Notes under the pieces: model-generated
What the model saw: the letters and a program-made list of their open reading frames with translations, nothing else
Told to the model about the DNA's origin: nothing
Database searches by the model: none
Position numbers and translations under genes: made by a program
Assembly: GCA_949283975.1 (NCBI GenBank)
Contig: CASDUK010000001.1
Span: forward strand, 97,187-161,186
Direction: 5' to 3'
Length of the DNA stretch: 64,000 bases
Source: an uncultured Bacillota bacterium
Lineage (GTDB): Bacteria > Bacillota > Clostridia > Christensenellales > UBA1242
Part shown: one piece after another, positions 63,654 through 64,000 of the stretch
How positions within the stretch are numbered: position 1 is the stretch's first letter
How the letters are laid out: each line of letters opens with the position of its first letter

Positions 63654-64000
63654 ATGTTGGATAAAAAAGACAAGCTTGTTATGAGCTTTATTTTTGAAAA
63701 GTGTGAGGGTGGCGGCGCAAGGCTTATTTCAATTCAAGAGCTTGTTGACTATCTTGGAAAAAAGAAATATGCAGTTTCAACAAGCGAAATTGAAGAGATT
63801 ATGATTTCGCTTTCAAAAGAAGGCTTAATTGATTTTGTTGAGTCGGACAGCAAGCGCGGAGAAGTTTATTGCGTTTCGCTAAAAGGAAAGGGAAAACTTT
63901 TTAAAAAGGATCAACAAAAGGAAAGGCGCTATGCCTCTTGGATAATATTAAGAACGGCGCTTTTAACAATTTTTAGTTTTTTACTTGGGCTTTTACTTAG
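63654..64000 (+). CDS. hypothetical winged-helix + TM protein (partial, runs off window)
   Basis: ATG 63654. MLDKKDKLVMSFIFEKC...ISIQELVDYLGKK...LSKEGLIDFVES (wHTH-like), followed by the hydrophobic WIILRTALLTIFSFLLGLLL. Confidence 0.45.
   Translation, partial: MLDKKDKLVMSFIFEKCEGGGARLISIQELVDYLGKKKYAVSTSEIEEIMISLSKEGLIDFVESDSKRGEVYCVSLKGKGKLFKKDQQKERRYASWIILRTALLTIFSFLLGLLL

Noticed and set aside
60689-64000. Complete prophage.
   Set aside because: Only TerL is recognisably phage-derived. No integrase, small terminase, portal, capsid or tail genes are visible in the window, and the region begins right after dnaB. This cannot be judged without the downstream sequence.

Overview
AT-rich chromosomal segment that looks like Firmicutes, probably Clostridia. 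The assignment rests on gene order, strong AGGAGG ribosome-binding sites, extended -10 promoters, and CTT being the dominant Leu codon. The window is mostly core housekeeping. It runs ybeY-era, ileS, RNA-modification enzymes, pepF and a U32 peptidase. From 15.4 to 31.1 kb sits an uninterrupted S10-spc-alpha ribosomal-protein supercluster (rpsJ to rplQ, including secY, adk, map, infA, rpmJ, rpoA). After that come an M29 aminopeptidase, a split topoisomerase-IV-like pair (parE ... parC), yebC, rpsU, addB-addA and dnaB. There are three tRNA genes: Leu-AAG, Val-TAC and Gly-TCC. I saw no rRNA, CRISPR array, cas gene or transposase. The unusual material is mostly non-coding or accessory:
1. Four tandem ~195-bp structured repeat units lie just after tRNA-Val, with a solo copy 6.5 kb away next to tRNA-Gly.
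2. A 52-bp duplication of the tRNA-Gly 3' end plus terminator brackets a small insert.
3. Spo0A-box-like motifs (TGNCGAA / TTCGACA) with 10-bp phasing occur at four intergenic loci.
4. At least nine genes have a -10 box 6-9 nt upstream of the start codon with no Shine-Dalgarno, which suggests leaderless mRNAs.
5. A 750-aa membrane and coiled-coil protein ends in five tandem AT-hooks.
6. An AT-rich islet carries a truncated MuF-motif/DUF6883-like gene and a DUF4926-like gene, flanked by ~110-bp direct repeats.
7. A mazF toxin has a non-canonical upstream partner.
8. A phage terminase large subunit sits alone, next to a sigma-region-4-like regulator.
All calls come from reading the sequence and ORF translations. 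No database searches were run.
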